This document shows, piece by piece, positions 1 to 8,542 of a stretch of DNA of 34,079 nt. This DNA is from an uncultured bacterium (GTDB lineage Bacteria > Omnitrophota > Omnitrophia > Omnitrophales > Aquincolibacteriaceae), in the NCBI GenBank assembly GCA_964585045.1, contig CAZPCF010000002.1, positions 1-34,079 on the forward strand. Reading direction: 5' to 3'. The first letter of the stretch is position 1. Every line of letters begins with the position of its first letter. The notes below the pieces were generated by a model that ran no database searches, was not told the origin of the DNA, and saw nothing but the letters and a program-made list of their open reading frames with translations. The translations under genes were made by a program, and so were the position numbers.

Positions 1-1
1 A

Positions 2-292
2 ACCTATTGGTGTGAAAAAGATTTTGACAAGGTCGTCCGGGGTTGCCCTGTGCCGGTCGTGATGGCCGGGGGTCCCAAATGCGAGACCGACCTTGAGGTG
101 CTGGAATTTGTCGCGGACGGAATGCAAAAGGGCGCGGTCGGGATCAATCTCGGAAGGAACGTATGGCAGAACCCGAATCCCGTGCCCATGGCGAAGGCTT
201 TGAACGCAATTGTCCACCAGAATGCGACCGCCAAGGAAGCTTTTGCTGTCTTCTCTGAGGCTAAACACGGCGCTAAGACTCGCAAAAAATAA
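2..292 (+). CDS. DhnA/LsrF-family class I (TIM-barrel) aldolase, C-terminal fragment; 5' end lies outside the window
   Basis: The reading frame is open from the window edge (..TYWCEKDFDKVVRGCPVPVVMAGGPK..GAVGINLGRNVWQ..). The VPVV-AGG-K and G-x-GRN motifs are typical of the C-terminal strands of DhnA-type aldolases. Stop TAA at 290-292. Confidence 0.6.
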   Translation, partial: TYWCEKDFDKVVRGCPVPVVMAGGPKCETDLEVLEFVADGMQKGAVGINLGRNVWQNPNPVPMAKALNAIVHQNATAKEAFAVFSEAKHGAKTRKK

Positions 293-296
293 CTTC

Positions 297-335
297 TTGA
301 GGGGACAGACCGTCAATGAATGCCTGTCCCCTAAG
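297..335. repeat. Copy 1 of a conserved about 40-nt hairpin element (GGGGACAG-N15-CTGTCCCC), placed directly 3' of a stop codon
   Basis: TTGAGGGGACAG (297-308) pairs with CTGTCCCCTAAG (324-335). About 33/40 nt are identical to the reverse complement of the element at 28252-28291, including the loop core GTCAAnnAAT. Confidence 0.7.
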
Positions 336-357
336 ATCAACCCGGAAAAAACCCCTT

Positions 358-1335
358 ATGAAAGTCGCCGTTTATTACCGCAATAATGACATCCGCCTCG
401 AAGAACACCCTGTCCCCAAGATCGGTGAGGGTGAGATCCTTGTTAAGATCAAGGCGAGCGGGATCTGCGGCACTGATGTCATGGAATGGTACCGGATCAA
501 AAAAGCTCCACGGATCCTGGGCCATGAAATAAGCGGCGATATCGCCCTCTCAAACTCTTCGAAATACAAAGTGGGCCAGCGGGTCTTTGTCAGCCATCAC
601 GTTCCCTGCTACCAATGCAAGTACTGCAAAGAAGGCCATCCTACGGCCTGTGAAACCCTGCATACCGGCAATTATGATCCGGGCGGTTACAGTGAATTTG
701 TCAGGATCCCAAAGATCAATGTCGATCATGGGGTTTATGTCCTGCCGAAGAATGTCTCCTACGAAGAAGGGACCATGATCGAACCCCTGGCCTGTGCGCT
801 CAGGGGCCAGGAGACTATTGGCGTCAAAAAGGGGCAAACGGTCCTGATCCTGGGCTGCGGGATCTCCGGCTTACTTAATATCCGGGTCGCCAAATTAAAT
901 GGGGCCAAGGTCATTGCGACCGATATGGAAGAATGCCGGCGCGGAAAAGCCAAGGAATGCGGCGCTGATGAAGTTTTTAACCCAAAGGACCTTCCCCCCT
1001 TAAAAGCAGAAAAAGTCATTCTCTGCACGGGGGCTCTCCCGGCGGTAAAACAAGCCTTTCAATCCCTTGACCGGAAAGGCGCTCTCCTGCTCTTCGCGAT
1101 CCCGGACACGGATATTCAGCTCCCAACCGTGGATCTATGGAGGAATGAGATGACGGTAACTTCTTCTTATGGCGCGGCGCCGGACGACCTGAAAAACGCG
1201 ATCAAGTTGATCGCAAAAGGCAAGATCCCCGTGAAGGACATGATCACCCACAGACTTCCGCTCGAACAAGCTCAGGAAGGTTTCCACCTCGTCACCGAGG
1301 CCAAACAAACCTTGAAGGTCGTTTTAGTCCCTTAA
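358..1335 (+). CDS. Zn-dependent medium-chain alcohol/polyol dehydrogenase (threonine/sorbitol dehydrogenase-like)
   Basis: GICGTDVMEW..GHEISG matches the catalytic Zn motif. CYQCKYCKEGHPTAC matches the structural Zn CxxCxxCx7C motif. GCGISG is a Rossmann motif. ATG 358 (MKVAVYY) is preferred over ATG 316, which lies inside the hairpin repeat. Confidence 0.85.
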   Translation: MKVAVYYRNNDIRLEEHPVPKIGEGEILVKIKASGICGTDVMEWYRIKKAPRILGHEISGDIALSNSSKYKVGQRVFVSHHVPCYQCKYCKEGHPTACETLHTGNYDPGGYSEFVRIPKINVDHGVYVLPKNVSYEEGTMIEPLACALRGQETIGVKKGQTVLILGCGISGLLNIRVAKLNGAKVIATDMEECRRGKAKECGADEVFNPKDLPPLKAEKVILCTGALPAVKQAFQSLDRKGALLLFAIPDTDIQLPTVDLWRNEMTVTSSYGAAPDDLKNAIKLIAKGKIPVKDMITHRLPLEQAQEGFHLVTEAKQTLKVVLVP

Positions 1336-1340
1336 CCTTC

Positions 1341-1490
1341 TTACGCTTTCCCGCTCTTTACCAATCTTTCAGCCTCGAGCCAGATCTCAAGATCTTTGTT
1401 TTGAACGCATCCTTTTTGTTCCCAAAGCTCCTTGGCCTTCTTCTGAATGCGTTCGGTCATTTCTTCTTTTGAAAGTTTCGGCTTTGCCAT
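1341..1490 (-). CDS. Small DUF2934-like protein (49 aa), absent from the supplied ORF track
   Basis: Hand translation gives MAKPKLSKEEMTERIQKKAKELWEQKGCVQNKDLEIWLEAERLVKSGKA. A strong SD (GGGAGGAAC) lies 5 nt upstream of ATG 1490. The A-x-x-LWE..G...G...D-W..AE pattern is the DUF2934 signature as I recall it. Confidence 0.55.
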   Translation of the reverse strand: MAKPKLSKEEMTERIQKKAKELWEQKGCVQNKDLEIWLEAERLVKSGKA

Positions 1491-1559
1491 GTTTTGTTCC
1501 TCCCTTTTTAGACCCGCGTTGGATGATACTACTTCCCGTCACTTTAATAAAGCGGGAGA

Positions 1560-2738
1560 TTAATCCACCTCACAGAGAAGCCCTTTCAAATATTCCCCTT
1601 CCGGATGGTAGATGTTGATCGGGTGATCGAACGCGTGAGAGGTTTTTTTGAGGATCCTCACGTTGCGTTTGGCGTCCGAGGCAGCGCCGAAGATGATCTT
1701 TTGAAAAAGATCCGGCGTGATGTAGGACGAACACGAGAACGTGAAAAGGAGGCCACCTTTCGGGAGCTGCCTCAAGGCCTGCAGGTTGATATCCTTGTAA
1801 CCGCGCGCGGCATGTTGGACCTGGTTTTTACTTTTACAAAAGGCCGGCGGATCGAGGATGATCATGTCGAATTCTTTTTTCGTCGCACGCAAATAATCAA
1901 ACACGTCCTGTTGGGCCCAGACGCTCTGCTCCGCGCTTAGCCCGTTCCTTTCAAAATTTTTACGCCCCATAGCCACTGCGAGCTCGGACGATTCTACGGA
2001 CACAACTTCTTTTGCCCCGCCCTTGGCTGCGTAAACGGAGAATCCTCCCGTGTAGGCAAAACAATTGAGCACCCGTTTGCCGGCGCTCAGCCCCCTTACG
2101 ATTTCCCGGCTCTCGCGTTGGTCGATAAAAAATCCGGTCTTCTGTCCGCTTTTGATATCCACACCAAAGAAAATCCCATTTTCCTGGACCTCAATCGCCT
2201 CTGGAGGTTCCTTCCCCGCAAGCACGCCCACGGAGCGTTTAAGCCCCTCCCATTTGCGGAGATCCGAATCGCTTCGTTCAAAAATCGAATGCGTGGGGAA
2301 ATATTTTTGAAGGGATTTTACGATCACCGGCTTCCACGCATCGATCCCGGCTGTATTGAACTCCGCGACCAAGAAGTCCCCATAAACGTCCACGACGAGC
2401 CCCGGTAGAAGATCCCCCTCGGAATGGATCAGGCGATAAGTATTTGTGCCGCCCGGCATGAATCTTTTCCGAATCTCCAGTGCCTGGACGATCCTTGCGT
2501 CAAAGAGGGCTTCGTCGACAGGAACGTCCTCAAAAGCCAGCATCCGGACCACGATCTGGGATTCGGGATTGAGATAACCCATTCCGAGGAATTCTTCTTT
2601 GTCGGAAAGAACGCGGACAAGGTCGCCGGCCTCGAATCCCTCGTCGATCCGGTCGATCGCGCCCGAAAAGATCCAGGGATGACGGTTTTTGACGGGCCGT
2701 TCTTTACCTCTTTGGAGGATACAACGAACGGTTTTCAT
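1560..2738 (-). CDS. rlmI: Class I SAM-dependent rRNA (cytosine-C5) methyltransferase, RlmI-like (PUA domain plus methyltransferase domain)
   Basis: N-terminal RHPWIFSGAI is the RlmI/PUA hallmark. CFAYTGGFS is SAM-binding motif I, and IILDPPAF is the catalytic DPP motif. ATG 2738 is chosen because the TTG at 2759 would overlap the uppP stop. Confidence 0.8.
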   Translation of the reverse strand: MKTVRCILQRGKERPVKNRHPWIFSGAIDRIDEGFEAGDLVRVLSDKEEFLGMGYLNPESQIVVRMLAFEDVPVDEALFDARIVQALEIRKRFMPGGTNTYRLIHSEGDLLPGLVVDVYGDFLVAEFNTAGIDAWKPVIVKSLQKYFPTHSIFERSDSDLRKWEGLKRSVGVLAGKEPPEAIEVQENGIFFGVDIKSGQKTGFFIDQRESREIVRGLSAGKRVLNCFAYTGGFSVYAAKGGAKEVVSVESSELAVAMGRKNFERNGLSAEQSVWAQQDVFDYLRATKKEFDMIILDPPAFCKSKNQVQHAARGYKDINLQALRQLPKGGLLFTFSCSSYITPDLFQKIIFGAASDAKRNVRILKKTSHAFDHPINIYHPEGEYLKGLLCEVD

Positions 2739-2742
2739 TTCT

Positions 2743-3573
2743 TCAGGAAAGGATGACAAAGGTCAGGGCAAAAAGACTCGCGGCGATACAGTAATAACCA
2801 AAGAGGAAAAAACGGCCCTGCCGGATAAGCCCCATAAGCCAACGTATCACAAAATATCCCGTGACCGCGGCAGCCAAGAATCCGGTCAGGACGATCGCCG
2901 CATGCGCTGAGAAATATTGGATCCCTTCTTTCCAGTCCATTATGATCGCTCCCGTTATTGCGGGAATGGCGATCAGAAATGAGAATTTCGCGGCATCTTC
3001 TTTTTTGATCCCCAGCAACATACCCGCAAGGATCGTGCTACCCGAACGCGAGATCCCGGGCAAAAGGGCGATCCCTTGGGCCAGGCCGATCCAGAACGCG
3101 TCCCCATAATGGATCACAGAAAGGTCTTTTTGCCCCTTCTGGAACCGTTCGCTTAAGATCAGAAGGAGCCCCATCACGAACCACGCCGCGGCAACAAAGA
3201 TAAGTTTCGAAAAAGCGGCCACAAAGAGATGCTTGAAACAAACAGCCATGATCCCGGTTGGGATGAGCGTGATCAGAATACAGACCCAAAGGCCTCGATG
3301 CGGAGGTTGAATGTCAGAGGCGAAAGCAGGCTTTTTTGAAACAGCTTTTTGAATGCTCTGTATGAAATCTTTGAGGATATCAAGGATCTCTTTATGAAAG
3401 AACACCAGGATCGCGAGGAGAGTTCCACCGTGCACAGCAATATCGAACGCTAGTAGCGGTTCTTTCATTCCAAAAAGGTTTTGAAAAAGCACCAAATGAC
3501 CGGAACTGGAGATTGGAAGGAATTCCGTTAGGCCTTGGACAATACCTAAAATGAGCGCTTGAAGGAGAGTCAT
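2743..3573 (-). CDS. uppP: Undecaprenyl-diphosphate phosphatase (BacA/UppP)
   Basis: GLTEFLPISSSGHL and PGISRSGSTI are the two conserved BacA motifs. The protein is polytopic and about 276 aa. Confidence 0.9.
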   Translation of the reverse strand: MTLLQALILGIVQGLTEFLPISSSGHLVLFQNLFGMKEPLLAFDIAVHGGTLLAILVFFHKEILDILKDFIQSIQKAVSKKPAFASDIQPPHRGLWVCILITLIPTGIMAVCFKHLFVAAFSKLIFVAAAWFVMGLLLILSERFQKGQKDLSVIHYGDAFWIGLAQGIALLPGISRSGSTILAGMLLGIKKEDAAKFSFLIAIPAITGAIIMDWKEGIQYFSAHAAIVLTGFLAAAVTGYFVIRWLMGLIRQGRFFLFGYYCIAASLFALTFVILS

Positions 3574-3706
3574 TTAATTTTCATATTTGGTTAAGTGATA
3601 CACCTTCGTTCAACGCAACGAGCGCCCTCAGATGGAGCTCACCTTGCCGGAAGATAACCGCCTTTGGAGAAAAACGTCTGCTTTTTGCGGCATCCGGGAA
3701 ACATCT

Positions 3707-4072
3707 TCACTCCCCGAGTGTTGCGATGGGCCCCATCGGCACATCTTTGGCCGGAGCCGGGGTTTCCTCTTCGGCTTCATGGGGGGCGGCAGGCACCGGG
3801 GTAACGATCGGTTGCACGAAAACACCGGGATCGCGGCCTGAGGCAATGGGCCCTCCCTGGGTTTGTTGAGCCGAAATGCCACCCGAACCTGCCGCCATAG
3901 AAGGAACCACCGTCACCACCGCCTCACCGCAACTGCTTATCGTGATCCCCATGGGTGTGAAATACCGGCGTTTACACTCGTCGCCTTTTTCATTCTTGTA
4001 GTAGCTTGTGACGCAACCCGAAAGCATCAGGATCGGAAGAACCAGAGCTAAGAACTTGATCGATGTCTTCAT
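3707..4072 (-). CDS. Lipoprotein of unknown function with a Pro/Ala/Glu-rich C-terminal tail
   Basis: Signal peptide with lipobox (MKTSIKFLALVLPILMLSGC). SD GGGGAG lies upstream of ATG 4072. Confidence 0.6.
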   Translation of the reverse strand: MKTSIKFLALVLPILMLSGCVTSYYKNEKGDECKRRYFTPMGITISSCGEAVVTVVPSMAAGSGGISAQQTQGGPIASGRDPGVFVQPIVTPVPAAPHEAEEETPAPAKDVPMGPIATLGE

Positions 4073-4089
4073 GACAGATCTCCCCTTTT

Positions 4090-5238
4090 TTAAAGAAAAC
4101 GATGCATGTTCCTTTTCTGAAGTTCGATAACGATTTTACGGATAGATTCAGTTTTGTTCACCGGGCAGACCAAGACCGCATCGCCGGTGTCGACCACCAC
4201 ATGGTCCTTGAGACCCACGGTCGCGATCAAACGCCCTGATCCTTTCACAACATTGCCCGAACTTTCCACCAAGATATTGTTGCCAATGGTAAGATTTCCT
4301 TTTTTGTTGACAGGAAGAACTTCTTTAAGCGTTGACCAACTTCCGACATCGTTCCAACCCATCGCGACCCGGATCGCCAAAATTCCGCCGGAGAGCTTTT
4401 CCATCAATCCATAATCGATGGAGATATTCGGAACTTTGGCAAAAAGTTTTTTAACAACCGCCGCAGAGATCCCCCCAGCCGCGATCTTTACGACCGCCTT
4501 AAAAACAGCAGGAAGCTCACGGCGCGTGGTCTCAAGCAGGCAATCCGCACGCCAAATGAAGATCCCGGAATTCCAGAGGAATTTTTTTGAACGGAAATAA
4601 GCTCGGGCCCACGCGAGCCGGGGTTTTTCATGAAAACACTTGAGAAAAAAGACAGGCGTGCTGCGAACCGTGGCTTTTTTTCCGGCTATTTCAAGATAGC
4701 CATACCCCGTGTGAGGCTGATCAGGTTTGATCCCGAGCGTCACAGGCATCCCCTCTTCATCCGCCTGCTCATAAGCGACCCGAAGAACTTTCGTGAATGT
4801 GGTCTCATCTTTAATAAAATGATCCGCAGGAAAAATACCCAGGACCGCTGAGGGGTCTTTTTTCAAGATCAGGGACGCGGCCCACGCGGCGCACGGTGCG
4901 GTGTTGCGCCCGACCGGCTCTCCGATCACTTGCGAACGTGGAATATGAAGCAATTTCGCGGTCGAAGCAGCTTTATCCAGCGCGGTAAAAACAAGAATTT
5001 GGGAAGGAGGTATTACTTTTTTGACGCGGTCGAAAGTTTGTTCAAGTAATGTCTTTGGGCCAAAGAGGTTCAGGAATTGCTTGGCGCGATGCCTACGGCT
5101 TTCCGGCCAGAAACGTGTGCCGCTCCCGCCTGCCATAATAACCGCCCAAGCATTTGACTTCTTTTTCCGAATGGTTGCTTGGACGGCCCCAATCTTCGTT
5201 CTGCTCCGATTGATCGGTATTGGGACCGCCCGATTCAT
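4090..5238 (-). CDS. manC: Mannose-1-phosphate guanylyltransferase (GDP-mannose pyrophosphorylase)
   Basis: AVIMAGGSGTRFWPESR is the nucleotidyltransferase G-loop, supported by FPADH and YGYLE motifs. ATG 5238 is the only canonical in-frame start upstream of the G-loop. It overlaps the manB stop as ATGA. Confidence 0.8.
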   Translation of the reverse strand: MNRAVPIPINRSRTKIGAVQATIRKKKSNAWAVIMAGGSGTRFWPESRRHRAKQFLNLFGPKTLLEQTFDRVKKVIPPSQILVFTALDKAASTAKLLHIPRSQVIGEPVGRNTAPCAAWAASLILKKDPSAVLGIFPADHFIKDETTFTKVLRVAYEQADEEGMPVTLGIKPDQPHTGYGYLEIAGKKATVRSTPVFFLKCFHEKPRLAWARAYFRSKKFLWNSGIFIWRADCLLETTRRELPAVFKAVVKIAAGGISAAVVKKLFAKVPNISIDYGLMEKLSGGILAIRVAMGWNDVGSWSTLKEVLPVNKKGNLTIGNNILVESSGNVVKGSGRLIATVGLKDHVVVDTGDAVLVCPVNKTESIRKIVIELQKRNMHRFL

Positions 5239-6611
5239 CAGCTCATCTCACGCATCACGGTCTTGAGCTCATTCTCCACGATCGCCCGGATCTCATCAAG
5301 GCGCTTCTGGGTCTGGGCCTCAAAACGCATCACAAGCACCGGCTGAGTGTTCGAAGCGCGTACCGGCCCCCATCCGTCAGGAAATTGAACGCGAGCACCG
5401 TCAATATCAATAACTTCATATTTCTTTTTGAGGTTCGTGACGACCTGGGCGATCACTTTGAATTTGATCTCTTCAGGCAGTTCGAAGCGGATCTCCGGCG
5501 TATTCACAAGCTGCGGCACATCGGCAAGAAGCGACGAGAACGGCGCGTTCGCCTTGTCCAGGATCTCGAGAATCCGGCATGCCGCGTAGACCGCGTCATC
5601 GAAGCCAAGCCAGCGATCTTTAAAGAACATATGCCCGCTCATCTCGCCCGCCATTTCGGCGCCGGTTTCTTTCATCTTGGCCTTGATCAACGAATGTCCT
5701 GTCTTCCACATCAGGGGTTTTCCGCCGCGTTTGGCGATATCATCATAGATCTGCTTGGAACTTTTTACGTCCCCGATAATGATCGCTCCGGGTTTGCGGG
5801 TAAGGATCTCGCGGGCATAGAGAAGAAGGAGTTTATCGCCAAAAATGATCTGCCCTTTTTCATCGACAACGCCAATGCGGTCTGCATCTCCGTCGAATGC
5901 GATCCCGATGTCCGCCTGGAGCTCGACGACTTTTTTCTGTAAGTCTTTTAGGTTTGCGGGAACCGACGGATCGGCTTGGTGATCCGGCATTTTGGGGTCG
6001 AGATTTTCATAAAGCACGGTCACATCATGCCCAAACCGGCGGATAAGTGCCGGCGCCGTAAGCCCGCCCATGCCATGGCCGGTGTCCAGGACAACTTTGA
6101 GCTTTTTGGTGAATCTAAAGTCTCTCGCGATAAAATCCTCGTAAGTTTTGAGGACTTCCTCATGGTCCGGCCGTTCAACTTTGCCTTGGCCGGTCGCAAA
6201 ATCATTTTTATCGATCAGCCGTTTGAGATTCTGTATTTCTTTTCCGTAGAAGGACCTGCTGGCATGCTGGAATTTGAACCCATTTTCATCCGGAGGATTG
6301 TGGGAACCCGTCACCGAGATCCCGGCGTCGAGCTTATTGTTCGTGACATAAAAATAAAGAAGCGGCGTCGGGGCAAGTCCGACATCGATCACTGTAAGAC
6401 CACAACTTTGAAGACCGTTCGATAGCCCGCGGAAAAGAAATTCCCAGCTCCAGCGATGGTCATGGGCGATCGCAACGGTTTTTTTGCCTTCGCGGGCAAG
6501 GACCGTGCCAAACGCCTTGCCGATCGCCAACGCGACCTCTTCGGTAAGCTCTTTTCCTGCAATACCGCGAATATCGTATTCCCTAAAAATATAGGCTGGG
6601 ATCATGATCAT
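5238..6611 (-). CDS. manB: Phosphomannomutase/phosphoglucomutase (alpha-D-phosphohexomutase family)
   Basis: IFREYDIRG is present. VTGSHNPP is the catalytic phosphoserine loop, DGDADR is the Mg loop and GEMSGH is the sugar loop. Start taken at ATG 6611 (or 6605), because the longer ORF to 6680 would run through a palindromic repeat and abut the tRNA. Confidence 0.85.
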   Translation of the reverse strand: MIMIPAYIFREYDIRGIAGKELTEEVALAIGKAFGTVLAREGKKTVAIAHDHRWSWEFLFRGLSNGLQSCGLTVIDVGLAPTPLLYFYVTNNKLDAGISVTGSHNPPDENGFKFQHASRSFYGKEIQNLKRLIDKNDFATGQGKVERPDHEEVLKTYEDFIARDFRFTKKLKVVLDTGHGMGGLTAPALIRRFGHDVTVLYENLDPKMPDHQADPSVPANLKDLQKKVVELQADIGIAFDGDADRIGVVDEKGQIIFGDKLLLLYAREILTRKPGAIIIGDVKSSKQIYDDIAKRGGKPLMWKTGHSLIKAKMKETGAEMAGEMSGHMFFKDRWLGFDDAVYAACRILEILDKANAPFSSLLADVPQLVNTPEIRFELPEEIKFKVIAQVVTNLKKKYEVIDIDGARVQFPDGWGPVRASNTQPVLVMRFEAQTQKRLDEIRAIVENELKTVMREMS

Positions 6612-6625
6612 GCCCAATATTCTGG

Positions 6626-6678
6626 GCGCAACGCTCAACGATTTTAAGACGTTGTGCGTAGACCGTTGCGCGTTGTGC
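6626..6678. repeat. GC-rich palindromic repeat built from GCGCAACG/CGTTGCGC units (copy A)
   Basis: The sequence is GCGCAACGCTCAACG-ATTTTAAGA-CGTTGTGCGTAGACCGTTGCGC-GTTGTGC. It shares GCTCAACG and GACCGTTGCGC blocks with 8543-8611. It lies between tRNA-Leu and manB. Confidence 0.6.
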
Positions 6679-6685
6679 AAAATAA

Positions 6686-6767
6686 TGCGCGGGACAGGAC
6701 TTGAACCTGCACTCCTTGCGGAACCAGCCCCTCAAGCTGGCGTGTCTGCCAGTTTCACCACCCGCGC
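6686..6767 (-). tRNA. tRNA-Leu (anticodon GAG), type II with a long variable arm; CCA is not encoded
   Basis: The reverse complement folds as acceptor GCGCGGG/CCCGCGC and anticodon stem CCAGC/GCUGG with loop UUGAGGG. It also has variable arm UUCCGCAAGGAGU and T-arm GCAGG-UUCAAGU-CCUGU. It closely resembles E. coli tRNA-Leu. Confidence 0.9.
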
Positions 6768-6786
6768 TCAAATTAAAACCTGCTCT

Positions 6787-7173
6787 TTATTCCGAAGACT
6801 TGCCCGTGCGCTTCCGTACGGCCTTCAGCTTGGCTGCTTTGACGACGCTGACCTTGCGTTCTTTTTCAAGCACCGCCTCGACCTGTCCATGTTCGGTGTC
6901 GAGCTTCTTGATCTCCCCGATCACTTTCTGGATCTCCGGAGCCCCAAGATCGAGCTTTTCTGCCTGCCTCACCGTCGTTTGATAGACCTGACTGCCCAGC
7001 TGGGAGAAGGCCTTCGCCATCTGATGCTCCAGGGTCGCTTTCTGGATCAGAAGCCGCGTGACATGTGCCGCTTCCCCTGTTTTTTCCGCCACAACCTTCG
7101 CGTACTTTTTGACGGTCTCGAAGGTCTCATTGATGATCTTTTCCGACTTTGCGTAGAACTCTTTTTTATCCAT
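6787..7173 (-). CDS. Hypothetical coiled-coil protein with a basic C-terminal tail
   Basis: SD GAGGTGG lies upstream of ATG 7173 (MDKKEFYAK..). The sequence has helical, heptad-like composition. I recognise no diagnostic motif. Confidence 0.5.
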   Translation of the reverse strand: MDKKEFYAKSEKIINETFETVKKYAKVVAEKTGEAAHVTRLLIQKATLEHQMAKAFSQLGSQVYQTTVRQAEKLDLGAPEIQKVIGEIKKLDTEHGQVEAVLEKERKVSVVKAAKLKAVRKRTGKSSE

Positions 7174-7477
7174 AGTCCACCTCATTGGATTGCGCTGTCC
7201 TGGCTTTTGTTATCTTCTGTTCAAGGACAGCCAGGGCTGCCCCAATTTCCGCTATCGCTCCAATTGATAGGTATTGGGACCGGGCAGGTTCTCAAAACAG
7301 GCCTTTGCTGATCTGACGGCACTATGTTCTATCATATTTTTTGAAGATATCAAGCGTAGAATACTATCAAAACGGTAGGTTGTATGTGGTAGGTAGTAGG
7401 TGAAAAGCATTTCGGCCCAAAGTTGAAACAACAGGGATCTTACGGTGAACGACATACTCCATACTGCATACTTTTGG

Positions 7478-8524
7478 TTAAGGATTTTTCCTTTTCAGGA
7501 AATGCGGCGAATCACCCCACTCGCCTTGACCGATCTCAACGCCTGCCACCCGGATACGGCGCTCAAGACAGCTCTTGCACTGACGGGCGTTTTCATCAAG
7601 ACAAGGTTTATTATCATAAAGCTGATAGAATTTCCGGTAATCCGTGGGTGTAATGTTCGGCATGATGATATTGGCGCCGGCCTGGACCCCTTTTTCCCGT
7701 CCTGAGGGATCCAGTGTTTGAAGCGCGGTCGTGGCAGCAATATTCACGTCCTTAAGAACCAATCGTGTGAGAGCGATCATCACCAATCCAAGCCGAAAAT
7801 TTTCAACAGGGTCATGATCCCCGGGGACAAGCGGTGTGTCTTCATGCGGGACATAAGGACCCATGCCTACCATGTCGATGTCTTCTTCTTTAAAAAACAG
7901 TATATCCTCGACCAGATTTTCATGGGTCTGGAACGGCAGCCCGATCATGACACCCGTTCCGACCTGATAGCCGATCTTCCGCAGCATCCGGAGGCATTCC
8001 CGACGTGTTTCGAAAGAATGGTCTTCCGGATGAAGCTTTTTGTACAGGACGGGAGAACTCGTCTCGATCCTCAAAAGATAGCGATGAGCGCCTGCCTTGA
8101 ACCATCGCTTATAAGTTTCTTCGGTCTGTTCCCCTAGCGAAAGCGTGATCCCAAGTTTCCCGGAGGTTGCGGTTTTGATCTTATGAAGAATATCCTCGAC
8201 AAAACGGACATAAGTCTCGTCCTGGCGCTCGCCGGATTGCAGAACGATGGAACCATAGTCCATTTCATGAGCCGCCTCTGCACATTCCAGGATCTCCTTT
8301 TCATCCATAGTGAAACGGATAGCGTTGGCGTTGCTCTTCCGGATGCCACAGTAGTAACAATCTTTCACGCAAAGGTTGCTAAACTCAATGATGCCGCGGA
8401 AATAGACCTTGGGGCCCACATACCGGACGGCACACGCACGCGCTTCCCTGAAAAGCTCCTCGAGCTTAGCTGGGTTTTTCTCGTTCAGCCAACGCAGCAT
8501 TTCGGTGGAATCTAATGTCTTCAA
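7478..8524 (-). CDS. hydE: [FeFe]-hydrogenase H-cluster radical-SAM maturase HydE
   Basis: IIEFSNLCVKDCYYCGIRKSN contains the CX3CX2C motif. LQSGE and the C-terminal AGANIIMPNITPTDYRKFYQLYDNK are also present, with gene context next to hydG/hydF. The TTG start at 8524 is preceded by GAGGTG at 5 nt; ATG 8500 is the alternative. Confidence 0.85.
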   Translation of the reverse strand: MKTLDSTEMLRWLNEKNPAKLEELFREARACAVRYVGPKVYFRGIIEFSNLCVKDCYYCGIRKSNANAIRFTMDEKEILECAEAAHEMDYGSIVLQSGERQDETYVRFVEDILHKIKTATSGKLGITLSLGEQTEETYKRWFKAGAHRYLLRIETSSPVLYKKLHPEDHSFETRRECLRMLRKIGYQVGTGVMIGLPFQTHENLVEDILFFKEEDIDMVGMGPYVPHEDTPLVPGDHDPVENFRLGLVMIALTRLVLKDVNIAATTALQTLDPSGREKGVQAGANIIMPNITPTDYRKFYQLYDNKPCLDENARQCKSCLERRIRVAGVEIGQGEWGDSPHFLKRKNP

Positions 8525-8542
8525 TTTAGCACCTCGGAGATA

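Noticed and set aside
3574-3706. Promoter and terminator in the lipoprotein-uppP gap
   Set aside because: TTGAAC is present, but no -10-like hexamer lies at 16-19 nt, and no convincing stem-loop with a U-tract could be drawn by eye.
6612-6680. N-terminal extension of the manB ORF, and the 235-aa plus-strand ORF 6604-7311
   Set aside because: The extension runs through the palindromic repeat and ends 5 nt from the tRNA. The plus-strand ORF crosses the tRNA-Leu gene and is antisense to the coiled-coil gene.
7252-7455. 67-aa minus-strand ORF in the hydE-downstream gap
   Set aside because: Its GGAG lies only 1 nt from the ATG. The sequence is dominated by the CCTAC repeat tract and the duplicated manC-junction segment, and the region is more likely promoter/leader. 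A real small protein cannot be excluded without expression data.
6686-7477. tRNA-Leu as an integration site for a genomic island or mobile element
   Set aside because: There is no integrase, transposase, direct repeat of the tRNA 3' end or phage gene on either side. The only oddity is the short manC-junction duplicate, reported separately.
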